Assembly (NCBI GenBank): GCA_963726745.1
Contig: CAVSDR010000006.1
Coordinates: 160,001 to 224,000 of the forward strand
Source: an uncultured Verrucomicrobiae bacterium
GTDB taxonomy: Bacteria > Verrucomicrobiota > Verrucomicrobiia > Chthoniobacterales > UBA10450
Length of the DNA stretch: 64,000 nt
Direction: 5' to 3'
A program made the translations under genes and the position numbers. Under the pieces are notes generated by a model that did no database searches, was not told the origin of the DNA, and was given only the letters and a program-made list of their open reading frames with translations. Below, piece after piece: positions 45,058 to 54,835 of the stretch. Numbering within the stretch: the first letter of the stretch is position 1; each line of letters opens with the position of its first letter.

Positions 45058-46001
45058 CCTGGCTGGCGATCCTCGGCCTGGGCGCGCTCTCCTTTCTCTT
45101 CGCGGGCATCGAGGCCGGCTTGCTCTCGTTAGACCCAGTCCGCCTGCGGCATCATGCGAAAGGCGGCGCGCCCGGCGCGCGCCGGCTCGCGCGGCTGCAC
45201 GAGCGGCCCGCGCGCTTGCTCGTGACCGTGCTCCTGCTCACGAACGTAGTCGACATCGCCGCCCTCCTGCTGGCCACGCGCGCACTCGTGGAGAGCTTTG
45301 GTCTTGCTGGCTATTTTCTCGCCGCCGGCGCGGCCATCCCGATCTATCTCTTCTTCCTCGCGGTCCTGCCAAAGACGCTTTTCCGCCGGCTCCCGCTCCG
45401 CGCGCTCGCCGCACTCGGTGGTCTGCTCGAGAGCGCCACGCTCCTGCTCCTCCCGGTGATCGTGGTGGGCGAATGGCTCGGCCGCCAGGTCCTCCCGCGG
45501 CGCGCTCGCTCGGAAGGCATGCGCCTTTTCGCCGCGCGCGAGGAATTGAAACAGGTCGCGGTGCAAAGCGAGCGCGAAGGCGGCCTGACTGCGGCCGAGC
45601 GCGCGATGATCCACAACGTGGTCGACTTCCGGAACGTCCGCGTGCGCGACGTGATGGAACCGCTCGCGCAAAGCGTCACCATCCGCCCGCAGACTTCGCC
45701 GCAGCAGCTCTTCGAACTCAGCCGCACCTCCGGGCGCGATCGTTTCGCCGTGCTCGACGACCGCGGCGCGGCCGTAGGCCTGGTCAACGTCTTCGACTTG
45801 CTCCTGGACAGCGCGCCCGCCTCCCTCCCGCGCCATCTCCGCCGCATCCTTACCGTCGAGGAAGACGAGCCCGCCTATCGTCTCATTCGCCGGCTGCGCG
45901 CCGCGCGCGCCGGGCTCGCGGCGGTCGTCGATCGCGAGCGCCGGGTCATCGGCATCGCGACCACGGAGGAATTGATCCGGCGCCTGGTCCAGAGCGCGTA
46001 G
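45054..46001 (+). CDS. CNNM (DUF21-CBS) protein
   Basis: FAGIEAGLLSL, VLPK, REEL, MIHNVVDF..VRDVM, CBS pair. Confidence 0.88.
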   Translation: MTWLAILGLGALSFLFAGIEAGLLSLDPVRLRHHAKGGAPGARRLARLHERPARLLVTVLLLTNVVDIAALLLATRALVESFGLAGYFLAAGAAIPIYLFFLAVLPKTLFRRLPLRALAALGGLLESATLLLLPVIVVGEWLGRQVLPRRARSEGMRLFAAREELKQVAVQSEREGGLTAAERAMIHNVVDFRNVRVRDVMEPLAQSVTIRPQTSPQQLFELSRTSGRDRFAVLDDRGAAVGLVNVFDLLLDSAPASLPRHLRRILTVEEDEPAYRLIRRLRAARAGLAAVVDRERRVIGIATTEELIRRLVQSA

Positions 46002-46002
46002 G

Positions 46003-46497
46003 CTATTCCACGCTCGCCTCGGCCAGGTGGGCGATCCCCTCGCCCGTCAGGCGGTAGACGGTCCACTCGTCCATCGGTTTCGCGCCGAGCTTTTGGTAGA
46101 AGCCAATCGCCGGCTCGTTCCAATCGAGCACCGACCACTCCATCCGCCCGCAGCCGCGCGCGCGCGCAATCTGCGCCAGCCTAACGAGTAATCGCCGCCC
46201 GTAGCCGTGGCCCCGCTTTTCCGGCCGCACGAAAAGGTCCTCCAGGTAAAGCCCCGGGCGCCCCAGCCAGGTGGAGAAGTTGAAAAAATAGACGGCAAAA
46301 CCAGCCGCCACTTCCTCCTCGAGCGCGAGCAAGACCTCCGCCGCCGGGCGCGCGCCGAAGAGCACCGCGCGCAGTTGTTCCTCGTCCGCGACCACGTCCT
46401 GCGGGGCGCGTTCGTACTCCGCGAGGTCGCGGATGAGCTGCAAAATCGTCGGCACATCGGCCACCGTGGCCGGGCGAATGGTGAAGCGTGGCGGCAT
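46003..46497 (-). CDS. GNAT N-acetyltransferase (SSAT/diamine acetyltransferase-like)
   Basis: IRDLAEYE, FSTWLGRPGLYLEDLFV, RGHGYG, WSVLDWNEPAIGFY. Confidence 0.92.
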   Translation of the reverse strand: MPPRFTIRPATVADVPTILQLIRDLAEYERAPQDVVADEEQLRAVLFGARPAAEVLLALEEEVAAGFAVYFFNFSTWLGRPGLYLEDLFVRPEKRGHGYGRRLLVRLAQIARARGCGRMEWSVLDWNEPAIGFYQKLGAKPMDEWTVYRLTGEGIAHLAEASVE

Positions 46498-46581
46498 GCG
46501 CCGACGCTACCATCGTCTTGACAAACCCGCAGCCTCCAGCCAATCGAGAAGCAGCGCTTTGCAGCCCGCGCTTCCGGAATT

Positions 46582-47151
46582 ATGAAGACCCCTTCTCTCG
46601 CGCGTTTGCTCCTTTGCGCCAGCCTCCTCCTCGCCGGCCGCGCGCCCGCGCAACCACCACCGCCGGGGGAAGAGGCCACGCCCGCGCCGGAGCGCCGCAC
46701 GACCGCGAAGGTGGCCGATTACCAGAAGCTGCTGCCAGTTTTGCCGGAGCCCCCGGAGGGCTGGAAGGCGGATGACGCCGAGGGCTCGACCGAGGATTTG
46801 GGCGAATCGCAAATCTCCAGTGCGCATCGCGATTACACCAAGGGCGAGATCGGCGACGCGCCGACCACCTCGATCAGCATCCTCGATTCCGTGACCAGCC
46901 CGGAGTATGTCGAGGCCACCACCGCCGGTTGGAAGCTGAACGAAACCACCGCCGAGGGTTTCACCAAGTCGCTCAGCATCGACGGCTATCCCGGCTTCGA
47001 GACCTTCGAAAATGACGAGAAACACGGCACCCTTTGGCTGCTCGTGGCGAAACGCTATTTCCTCCAGATCGAGACCATGGGCCAGGACGCGGCCGCGCTC
47101 GAGGAATGGCTCAAGCGCGTCGACTTGAAGAAGCTCGCGGAGATCAAGTAA
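46582..47151 (+). CDS. Exported hypothetical protein
   Basis: Signal peptide; acidic soluble domain ending VDLKKLAEIK; coding-like codon usage. Confidence 0.7.
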   Translation: MKTPSLARLLLCASLLLAGRAPAQPPPPGEEATPAPERRTTAKVADYQKLLPVLPEPPEGWKADDAEGSTEDLGESQISSAHRDYTKGEIGDAPTTSISILDSVTSPEYVEATTAGWKLNETTAEGFTKSLSIDGYPGFETFENDEKHGTLWLLVAKRYFLQIETMGQDAAALEEWLKRVDLKKLAEIK

Positions 47152-47170
47152 CGGCCGCTAAGCTGCGTTC

Positions 47171-48181
47171 GTGCTGCGCGCGTTTTCCTGCGGCCTCTTC
47201 CTCGCCGCCAGCCTCGAGGCGCACGCCGGGCTCGCGCCGGACGCGCGCTACGTCGGCGCAGTCGGCTGCAAATCCTCCAGTTGCCACGGCGGCGTGGGCG
47301 AGAAGAACGGACAATATCTCACTTGGGTGCGAGAGGATTTCCACGCGCGCGCCTTCGCTCCGCTGACGAACGCTCGCTCCGCGCGAATCGCGGAAACGCT
47401 CGGCCTCGCGAACCCGGCGGAAAGCCCACGCTGCACCATCTGCCACTCGCCGCTGGCGGCGGCGGCGCCCGCTCGCCTGCGCAAAAGCGCGGACCCGCGC
47501 GAAGGCGTCTCCTGCGAGAGCTGCCACGGCGCCGCCGGCCACTGGTGGCGCGGGCACACGCGCACCGACTGGACCTACGCCACGCGCGTGGGCGCCGGGA
47601 TGCGCGACCTCCGCAGCGTCTACGTGCGCGCAAATACCTGCGTCGCCTGCCACCAGAATTTAGACAGCGAGATCGCCGCCGCCGGCCATCCGGAGTTGTG
47701 CTTCGAACTCGACCGCCAATCGACCGAGGAACCGAAGCACTGGCGCGACCCCGAAGGGAGCGGCCCGCGCCTTTGGCTCACCGGCCAGGCGGTCGCGCTC
47801 CGCGAGCTGAGCTGGCGCCTAACGAGTGCTGCCGACGGCCCTACTGAAGCACAAGCCGCTGCCTTGCGCTGGCTCCTCGCGGAAGTGACCGCGGCCGATC
47901 CCGCGCTCCCGCGGATCGACCCGGCCGCGCCGCCCGCGCAAGCCCAGCAGCAGGCCGACTCCCTCGCGCGCGCCGCCGCCGCCGCGCGCCTGCCCAATGT
48001 GGCGGCAATTAGACAGCGCCTTCTCCGCCTCGCGCCGGCCGATTTCCGCCAAGCCGAGCGCCTGGTCCTCGCGCTCGAAGCCCTCGGCGGCGCCTCGCCG
48101 GAGTTGCGCGCGGCGCTCCGCGCGCGCGAAGCCTTCGAGCCTGCGGCCTTCGCGGAACACCTGCGGAAACTCGCGCCCTAG
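47171..48181 (+). CDS. Multiheme c-type cytochrome (c554-like)
   Basis: Signal peptide; CKSSSCH (CX4CH), CTICH, CESCH, CVACH; AAGHP. Confidence 0.85.
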   Translation: MLRAFSCGLFLAASLEAHAGLAPDARYVGAVGCKSSSCHGGVGEKNGQYLTWVREDFHARAFAPLTNARSARIAETLGLANPAESPRCTICHSPLAAAAPARLRKSADPREGVSCESCHGAAGHWWRGHTRTDWTYATRVGAGMRDLRSVYVRANTCVACHQNLDSEIAAAGHPELCFELDRQSTEEPKHWRDPEGSGPRLWLTGQAVALRELSWRLTSAADGPTEAQAAALRWLLAEVTAADPALPRIDPAAPPAQAQQQADSLARAAAAARLPNVAAIRQRLLRLAPADFRQAERLVLALEALGGASPELRAALRAREAFEPAAFAEHLRKLAP

Positions 48182-48233
48182 CGCAATTGCGGCTTTCGCA
48201 TCCGCGGCCCGCCACGTTAGCTTTTTCCCCTCG

Positions 48234-49382
48234 ATGCCCGACGCCGCTTCCTCGCCTTCGCCTTACACCCGCGCCAACCCCTTCCCCGGAAAGATGCGCG
48301 TCAATCGCCGCCTCAACCCCGATTCCTCCAAGGACACCCGGCATTTTGAGATCGATCTCACCGGCTGGGGGCTCGGCTACGAGGTCGGCGATTCCATGGC
48401 CATCTATCCCTCGAACGATCCCGCGCTGGTCGAGGAATTTCTCCACGCGCTCCACGCCACCGGCGACGAAGTTGTCCCCGGCACCCGCACCGCAGAGCTG
48501 CCGTTGCGCGAGGCGTTGCTCCGCGAATACAGCATCACCGCGGTCACGCCGAAATTGCTCAAGGGCATCGCCGAGCGCGCCACCGCTGCGCCTTTGCTCA
48601 AAGAATTGCTCGAGCCGGAACGCAAAGCTGACCTGCAGACTTACCTCTTCGGCATGGAGGTGATCGATTTCCTCCTGCAACATCCCTCGATCCACTTCAC
48701 GCCCGCGGAGTTGGTCGCGCTCCTCTCGAAATTGCAGCCGCGACTTTACTCGATTTCCTCCAGCTTGAAGGCCTTCCCGGAGCAAGTGCACCTGACCGTG
48801 GACGTGGTCCGCTACGAGAGCCACGGCCGCCAGCGGAAGGGCGTGTGCTCCTCGTTCCTGGCCGAGCGCGCGGACGATGCGCCTGTGCCCGTTTTCCCAA
48901 ATGCCTCGAAGTTTCGCCTCCCGGAGAATCCCGACACGCCGATCATCATGGTCGGCCCGGGCACCGGGATCGCGCCCTTCCGCGCCTTCCTCCAGGAGCG
49001 CAAGGCCACCGGCGCGCGCGGGAAATCGTGGCTTTTCTTCGGCTCGCAAAAAGAGCGGTGCGACTACTTCTACAAGGACGAATTCGATCAACTCCGCGCA
49101 GAAGGTTTCCTCCACCGGATCGACTGCGCCTTCTCGCGCGACCAGGAGCACAAGGTCTACGTGCAACACCGCATGCTCGAGAACGCCGCCGCGCTTTGGC
49201 AGTGGCTCGATGCCGAGGGCGCGCACTTTTACGTCTGCGGCGACGCCAAGCGCATGGCCAAGGACGTGGACGCGGCCCTCCAGCAGATCATCCAAAAGGA
49301 AGGCCGGAAAGATGCCGAAGAAGCCGCCGCCTATGTCGAGCAACTCAAGAAAGAGAAACGCTACAAGCGCGACGTCTACTGA
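48234..49382 (+). CDS. CysJ-like FAD/NADPH reductase lacking the flavodoxin domain
   Basis: KDTRHFEIDL, PRLYSISSS, GVCSSFL, MVGPGTGIAPFR, YVCGDAKRMAKDV, RYKRDVY; only 382 aa. Confidence 0.88.
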   Translation: MPDAASSPSPYTRANPFPGKMRVNRRLNPDSSKDTRHFEIDLTGWGLGYEVGDSMAIYPSNDPALVEEFLHALHATGDEVVPGTRTAELPLREALLREYSITAVTPKLLKGIAERATAAPLLKELLEPERKADLQTYLFGMEVIDFLLQHPSIHFTPAELVALLSKLQPRLYSISSSLKAFPEQVHLTVDVVRYESHGRQRKGVCSSFLAERADDAPVPVFPNASKFRLPENPDTPIIMVGPGTGIAPFRAFLQERKATGARGKSWLFFGSQKERCDYFYKDEFDQLRAEGFLHRIDCAFSRDQEHKVYVQHRMLENAAALWQWLDAEGAHFYVCGDAKRMAKDVDAALQQIIQKEGRKDAEEAAAYVEQLKKEKRYKRDVY

Positions 49383-51455
49383 TTGCGAGACTCGCGAGGC
49401 CAAGCAGCAGCGTCAGGCCGGCGATCGCACCGCCGAGGGTCACGGCGCGCGGGCGGTAGGTTAATTCCAGGCGGCCGCGAGAATTAGCCGGCAACTCGAC
49501 CACCGGCGCGAGCCCGTGCCAGGCGTTCACCGCCAGCGGCACGCCGTCGAAAGTTGCGCGGTAGCCGGGGAAATACGGCCGGGAAAAGATCACCCGCACC
49601 TGCTTGCCCGGTTCGGCGGCGATGATCTCGGCCACGACATGTTGCCGGCTATTTTCCAGGAGGCGGATTTCGGCGTTGGCGAAACTTTGGCCCGGCAGCG
49701 CCCGCACCGGTGCGAGCGCGCGGCGGCGATGAAAAACTTCTCCTTCGTCGCTCGCGAAGACGCGCTCCCATTCCTCCGAAGGCCCGATCGGAATCGCGAA
49801 GCCGCGTCCCGCGATCACGCCATCGATCCCGATCTCCGCGAGCAAGCCCTCCGGCCCGCCCTCCTCGAAAACGACTTCGCGCACGCGCGCGGGGTTAATC
49901 TGGCCGTGCGTGCCAAAGTCGAGCAGCCGCGCGATCCCGGCGGGGCCCACGGGGCTGTAGCCGTTGATCAGATGAACGCCGGCAAACAGCGCCGTACTCC
50001 CCGGCCGCACGACCGAGCCGAAGGGCATGCCCGTAGTGCCGGCCTGATACCAGGCTTGCGGCGCGGGGTAGAGACTGAGGTACAGGCGGTCGCGAGCGAG
50101 CGGCACGGGGGCGCGCAAAGTGTCGGCAAACCAGTAGCGCGCCACGGACGCATGCACGTCGAGTTGCAGGTAGGTCGCGAGCAGGGCCAAGAAAACAACC
50201 AGCGGCGTGATCCAGGCCGCAAGTTGCTGCCTAACGAGTGCTGACCCGGCCCACCAAAAGAGGCTCAAGCAGAGAAAAATAGCCGGCAGGATGGGCGCGG
50301 CGTGCGGCTGCAGCACCCAGGCGAGCGCGACGAAAAAGGTGCTCCACGCCCCGGGTTTCCCGCGGAGTTGCCCGCGCTGCCAGACCTCCGCCGCGAGGAG
50401 CAGCGAGCACGAGGTGGAAGAGCGGCAGCCAGCGAAAGCTGAAACGAAAAATGCCTGCGCTCGGGAGCATCGCGAGCGCGAGCACGGCGAGGAGCAAACC
50501 GAGTTCCCAGCGCCGGCGAAGTCGTCCGCTGAGAAGCGCTGCCAGCACGACCACCGCCGGCACCAATCCGCAGGCTAATTCCACCGCGGCGTGCGACGCG
50601 AGCGCGCCTTCGAATTGCCGCCAGAGGCACGGTCCACGAAGGCAGCACTAATCCAGGCAGGCCGGCGAGCGGCACAAGCCATTGGCGCGGCGGGAAAATT
50701 TCCACGGAACGCCGCGAACCTTCGGCATACGTCAGGAGCGAAAGCCAGGCGGGCGCAGAAAGGCCAAGCCCGAAAATCCAACCCACGCCCAGCCGCCAAC
50801 TTCTCCGCCAGTCCTGCAGCGCAAGCCACGCGGTCACGAGCCCGAGCATGATGATGGTGTAGGGAAAACCGGCGGCGATCAGCAGGTAAATAAAGGGCGC
50901 CGGCAGGAGAAAATGCGGCCAGCGCGCACCCGGCGGAAGCGCTTTCTCCATGGCCCACCAGGCCCATGGAAGCCAGGCGAACGCGGCGATCGCGGCAAAC
51001 CAATCGGTCGCGCCCCAGGCGATGTTCCAACCGTTGAGCGCCGCGACCAGGCCAACCATGAGCGCAAGTGGCTGGCTAATTTTTCGCCCCCTCGCGAGCA
51101 GGTAGCCGCCGGCTGCGAGGACCATCAAATGAACGATCGAGAGCGCGGCCGCCTGTTGTGAGAAAGAGAGAGTAAACTTCCAGATCGCGACGACCGCGAC
51201 GTTCACGAAAATCGAGAAGGTCCCGTATTGGAACTCACCCGCGAGATTCCCGCAGACCCACGAATACGGACTGAGGAGCGGCCAATGGCCTTCGCCCCAA
51301 CTGCGCGCGATGTCGGCAAAAACCGGCAGGATCGAAATCTGATAATCGTCGACCCAGAAAAAGTGCGGCTCGTGCCAGAGGAGCGCGCAGGAGAAGAGCA
51401 GCGTGAGCAGCGCCGCGGCACCCGCGCCTAACAAGTCGTCGCGCGCGCTTTTCAC
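49345..51455 (-). CDS. YfhO-like multi-TM membrane protein (putative GT-C), several frameshifts at 50300-50600
   Basis: Coding-like segments spread over ORFs 50265..51455, 50231..50584 and 49345..50316; early DD motif; C-terminal YFPGYRA..DG and LELTYRP followed by a TM. Confidence 0.65.
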
Positions 51456-51462
51456 GCCGGCG

Positions 51463-52407
51463 CTACAGCACGACTGGCATGCCTTCGGTCATGACCAGCA
51501 CCTGCTGGTCGATCCCGTGTTCGCGCGCGCAAGCCATCAGGCGCGCGGGCGGCTCGTCGAGCGGCTCGTAGCCGAGGCGGAAGCTGCCGTAGTGCATCGG
51601 CACGAGTTTCTTCGCGCCCAGTTCGGTGAAAGCCTTGACCGCTTCCTCGGGATTCATGTGCACCTCGCGGCCACTCGGCGGGTCGTAGGCGCCGATCGGC
51701 AGGAGTGCGATCTCGATGTCAAAACGCTTTCCGATTTCCTTGAAGCCTTCGAAGTAGGCGCTGTCGCCGCAATGAAAAATCGAGCGCCCTTCGGCCTCGA
51801 TGTGGAAGCCGCCGAAGCCGCGATGCGAATCGTGCAGGAGGCGCGCGCCCCAATGGTGGCAAGGCGTGAGAGTGACGCAGAGCGGGCCGAGCTCGATCCG
51901 CTGCCAGTGATCGAGCTCGTGCACGATGTTGAAGCCGAGATCGTGCACCAGATTGCCCACGCCGTAAGGCACGACGATCGGCTGATCGGCCGCGACTTTG
52001 CGCAGGGTGCGCCGGTCGAGGTGATCGAAATGCGCGTGGGTCACGAGGACGAAATCGATCTCCGGCAGGTGATAGATTTCAAAGCCGGGCCGCTTGAGGC
52101 GCTTGATCACCTTGAGCCACATCGACCAGATCGGATCCACCAGGACATTGACCTTCGAAGTCTGGATGAGGAACGAGGCATGCCCGATCCAGGTGATGCA
52201 GATTTCGCCTTCCTTGACCTTCGGGAACAAGGGCAGGCCGCCCTTCCCTTCCCGCTTGGTGAAGAGCGACGGGATCAGGACGCTGGTGAGGAAGTTTCGC
52301 TTGTGCCAGTCGGTCCCCGGCTTGAGCCCGACCTTGCGCGAGTAGACCGCCTCGCCGTTACCCGCGGCCTGAATGCGCTGGCTCTTTTTGGAAAACGGTA
52401 TCGGCAC
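51463..52407 (-). CDS. MBL-fold metallo-hydrolase (NAPE-PLD-like)
   Basis: ITWIGHASFL, VTHAHFDHLD, HHWG, HCGDS, LPIGAY, PMHYG; GTG start at 52407 inferred. Confidence 0.9.
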   Translation of the reverse strand: MPIPFSKKSQRIQAAGNGEAVYSRKVGLKPGTDWHKRNFLTSVLIPSLFTKREGKGGLPLFPKVKEGEICITWIGHASFLIQTSKVNVLVDPIWSMWLKVIKRLKRPGFEIYHLPEIDFVLVTHAHFDHLDRRTLRKVAADQPIVVPYGVGNLVHDLGFNIVHELDHWQRIELGPLCVTLTPCHHWGARLLHDSHRGFGGFHIEAEGRSIFHCGDSAYFEGFKEIGKRFDIEIALLPIGAYDPPSGREVHMNPEEAVKAFTELGAKKLVPMHYGSFRLGYEPLDEPPARLMACAREHGIDQQVLVMTEGMPVVL

Positions 52408-52445
52408 GGTCGGGCAACGTAGAAGGTCAGTCGTGGGACGCAACC

Positions 52446-53492
52446 CTACTGCCCGAGGACCCAGGCAAAGATCAAGGGGGCGCAAATGGTCGCATCGCTC
52501 TCGACCACGAACTTGGGCGTGGAAGCCGCCAGCTTGCCCCAAGTGATCTTTTCGTTCGGGACCGCGCCGGAGTAACTCCCGAAGCTGGTCGTCGAATCGC
52601 TGATTTGGCAGAAGTAACCCCACAGCGGCACGCCGGTGCGCTCGAGATCCTGGTGCAACATCGGGACCACGCAGATCGGGAAATCGCCCGCAATCCCGCC
52701 GCCGATCTGGAAGAAGCCGATCGAGCCCTCGCGATTGCGCAGGCGCTTGGCGTTCTTGGTATAAAACTCCGCCAGCCAGGTCATGTATTCGATCCCGGTG
52801 CGGACGGTGTGCACATTCTTCACGTCGCCACGAATGACCGCCGCGGCATACATATTCCCGAGGGTCGCGTCCTCCCAGCCGGGGACGACAATCGGCAGGT
52901 TCTTTTCGCAAGCCGCGATCATCCAGGAGTTCTTCGGATCGATCTGGTAGCTTTGCTTAAGCTTCCCGCTCCGCAGAATTTTATACATGAACTCATGCGG
53001 GAAATAATGTTCGCCCGCGCGATCCGCGGCCATCCACTCCGCCAGCACCGCTTTCTCAATCCGCCGCATCGCCTCCATCTCGGGGATGCAGGTATCGGTC
53101 ACGCGGTTCATATGCCGGGAAAGAAGCTCCTGCTCGTCGGCCGGCGTGAGTTCGCGGTAGTGCGGCACCCGCTCGTAATGATCGTGCGCGACCAGGTTGA
53201 AGATGTCCTCCTCGAGATTGGCGCCGGTGCAGACGATCAGGTGCACCTTGTCCTGCCGAATCATTTCCGCGAGGGAGATGCCAAGCTCGGCAGTCGACAT
53301 CGCGCCCGCGAGCGTCACCAGCATTTTGCCGCCGGCCGCGAGGTGGGTCTCGTAGCCCTTGGCCGCATCGAGCAAGGCGGCGGCATTAAAGTGCCGGTAG
53401 TTCCGCGCGATGAACTGCGAGACCGGACCTTTCTTGGCCGCGAGGTTGGCGTTGATTTCTTCCGGGCTGGCGGAGCGTCGTTTGGCTTTCAT
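52446..53492 (-). CDS. Deoxyhypusine synthase-like protein (possible homospermidine synthase)
   Basis: AGAMSTAELG, CTGANLEED, IGGGIAGDF, SYSGAVPNEKITWGK, ESDATI. Confidence 0.9.
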   Translation of the reverse strand: MKAKRRSASPEEINANLAAKKGPVSQFIARNYRHFNAAALLDAAKGYETHLAAGGKMLVTLAGAMSTAELGISLAEMIRQDKVHLIVCTGANLEEDIFNLVAHDHYERVPHYRELTPADEQELLSRHMNRVTDTCIPEMEAMRRIEKAVLAEWMAADRAGEHYFPHEFMYKILRSGKLKQSYQIDPKNSWMIAACEKNLPIVVPGWEDATLGNMYAAAVIRGDVKNVHTVRTGIEYMTWLAEFYTKNAKRLRNREGSIGFFQIGGGIAGDFPICVVPMLHQDLERTGVPLWGYFCQISDSTTSFGSYSGAVPNEKITWGKLAASTPKFVVESDATICAPLIFAWVLGQ

Positions 53493-54451
53493 GGCGTCGG
53501 CAAATTCGCGGCGGCAGGGTAAAGCCAGCGCATGTACTCGGCTACCCCGGCCTCGAGCGAATAGCTGGGCTCGTACTGCAGGGCGTCGCGCACCGCGGTC
53601 AGGTCGGCCTGGGTGAAATTCTGGTAATGCGCGTGCGGGTTCTCGATATACTCCGGCTCGAAGTTCGTCCCTAACGAGTGGTTCAGGATCTGCACGAGCT
53701 CGTTAAAAGAACGCGCCCGGCCGGAACCGAGATTGTAAATTCCGCTCTTGAGCGCATCGAAGCCGCGCAGGCAGCCTTGCACGATGTCCTGCACGTAAAC
53801 GAAATCCCGCTGCTGTTCGCCGTGCCGGAAGATGCGCGGCCGCTGCCCCGCGGTCATTTGCCGCGAGAGATGGTAAATCATGCTCGCAGGCACCCCTTTG
53901 TGCGCCTCGCGCGGCCCGTAGACATTGAAGAAGCGCAGCCCGACGATGACCCACTCCGGATTCTCCGCCGCGGCATGGCGGGCGATGTTATCCATGATCG
54001 CCTTCGAGAAGGCGTAGACGTTCGCGGGCGCGGCGCCGCTCTCTTCGTTGCTCGCCGTGGTCGCGTTACCGTAGGTCGCGGCGGAGGAAGCGTAGACCAC
54101 GCGCGTCTGGTGCGGGCGCGCGAAACGCAACAACCGCCGAAAGCTTTCGACGTTGTCGTGCGTTTGCACAAACTGGTCGTGCACCGTGGTGTCGGTGATC
54201 GAGGCCAGGTGGAAAATGCCGTCAAATTTCTCGTCGCCGAATTGCTCCTCCCAGTCCAACTGCGCGAGGTCGGCAGCGATGAAGTCGCCCCGGTAGCCGG
54301 CGAGATTCTTGAAGTCGCCCGAGCGGAAATCGTCGATCACCGTCAGCCGGCCCTTGGGATAATGCTCCTGCAGAGCGAGGACGAGATTCGAGCCGATAAA
54401 GCCGGCGCCGCCCGTGACGAGCAAGTGGAGAGGAGAAGCGGAAACTTTCAC
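53489..54451 (-). CDS. hldD: ADP-L-glycero-D-manno-heptose 6-epimerase
   Basis: VTGGAGFIGSN, YASSAATYG, NVYAFSK, LRFFNVYGPREAHKG, RDFVYV, YQNFTQAD. Confidence 0.88.
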   Translation of the reverse strand: MKVSASPLHLLVTGGAGFIGSNLVLALQEHYPKGRLTVIDDFRSGDFKNLAGYRGDFIAADLAQLDWEEQFGDEKFDGIFHLASITDTTVHDQFVQTHDNVESFRRLLRFARPHQTRVVYASSAATYGNATTASNEESGAAPANVYAFSKAIMDNIARHAAAENPEWVIVGLRFFNVYGPREAHKGVPASMIYHLSRQMTAGQRPRIFRHGEQQRDFVYVQDIVQGCLRGFDALKSGIYNLGSGRARSFNELVQILNHSLGTNFEPEYIENPHAHYQNFTQADLTAVRDALQYEPSYSLEAGVAEYMRWLYPAAANLPTP

Positions 54452-54499
54452 GAGGTTGGCGATAAATAAAGGTTGAGCCGCGAAGCGCAAGCCGCTACT

Positions 54500-54705
54500 T
54501 CTGCGCCGGTTCTTTGCGAGTTTCGATCAGTGGATCGGTGCGAGAAATCCCGTTTGAACCGGGAGCAGTCGCGCTGCTGTAACTGGATACGACTTCCCAC
54601 AGCCAATCGCCGGATTTTCCTCCGGCGGTGAAGGCGGGAAGAAGGTGCGCCTCGACTACTCGTTAGCCGAGGCCGGAAGCCAGGAGCCAGAACATTTGCC
54701 CGAGC
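54500..54705 (+). ncRNA. Cobalamin riboswitch (divergent)
   Basis: GAGAAATCCCGTTTGAACCGGGAGCAGTCGCGCTGCTGTAA, AGCCA...GGTGAAGG and a B12-box-like GAGCCAGAACATTTGCC, upstream of a BtuB-like gene. Boundaries approximate. Confidence 0.75.
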
Positions 54706-54835
54706 CCACCTCATTCGCCGGCGTGAGTGCGCCGCGCGAGAAAACTTCTTCGCAAAAAAGAAGATTGAGAGCAGTGGTTTGTCGCAGGGAAAATCTGCCG
54801 GCGTCCTCCGCTTCTCAGCAACTGGAGGCTACATC

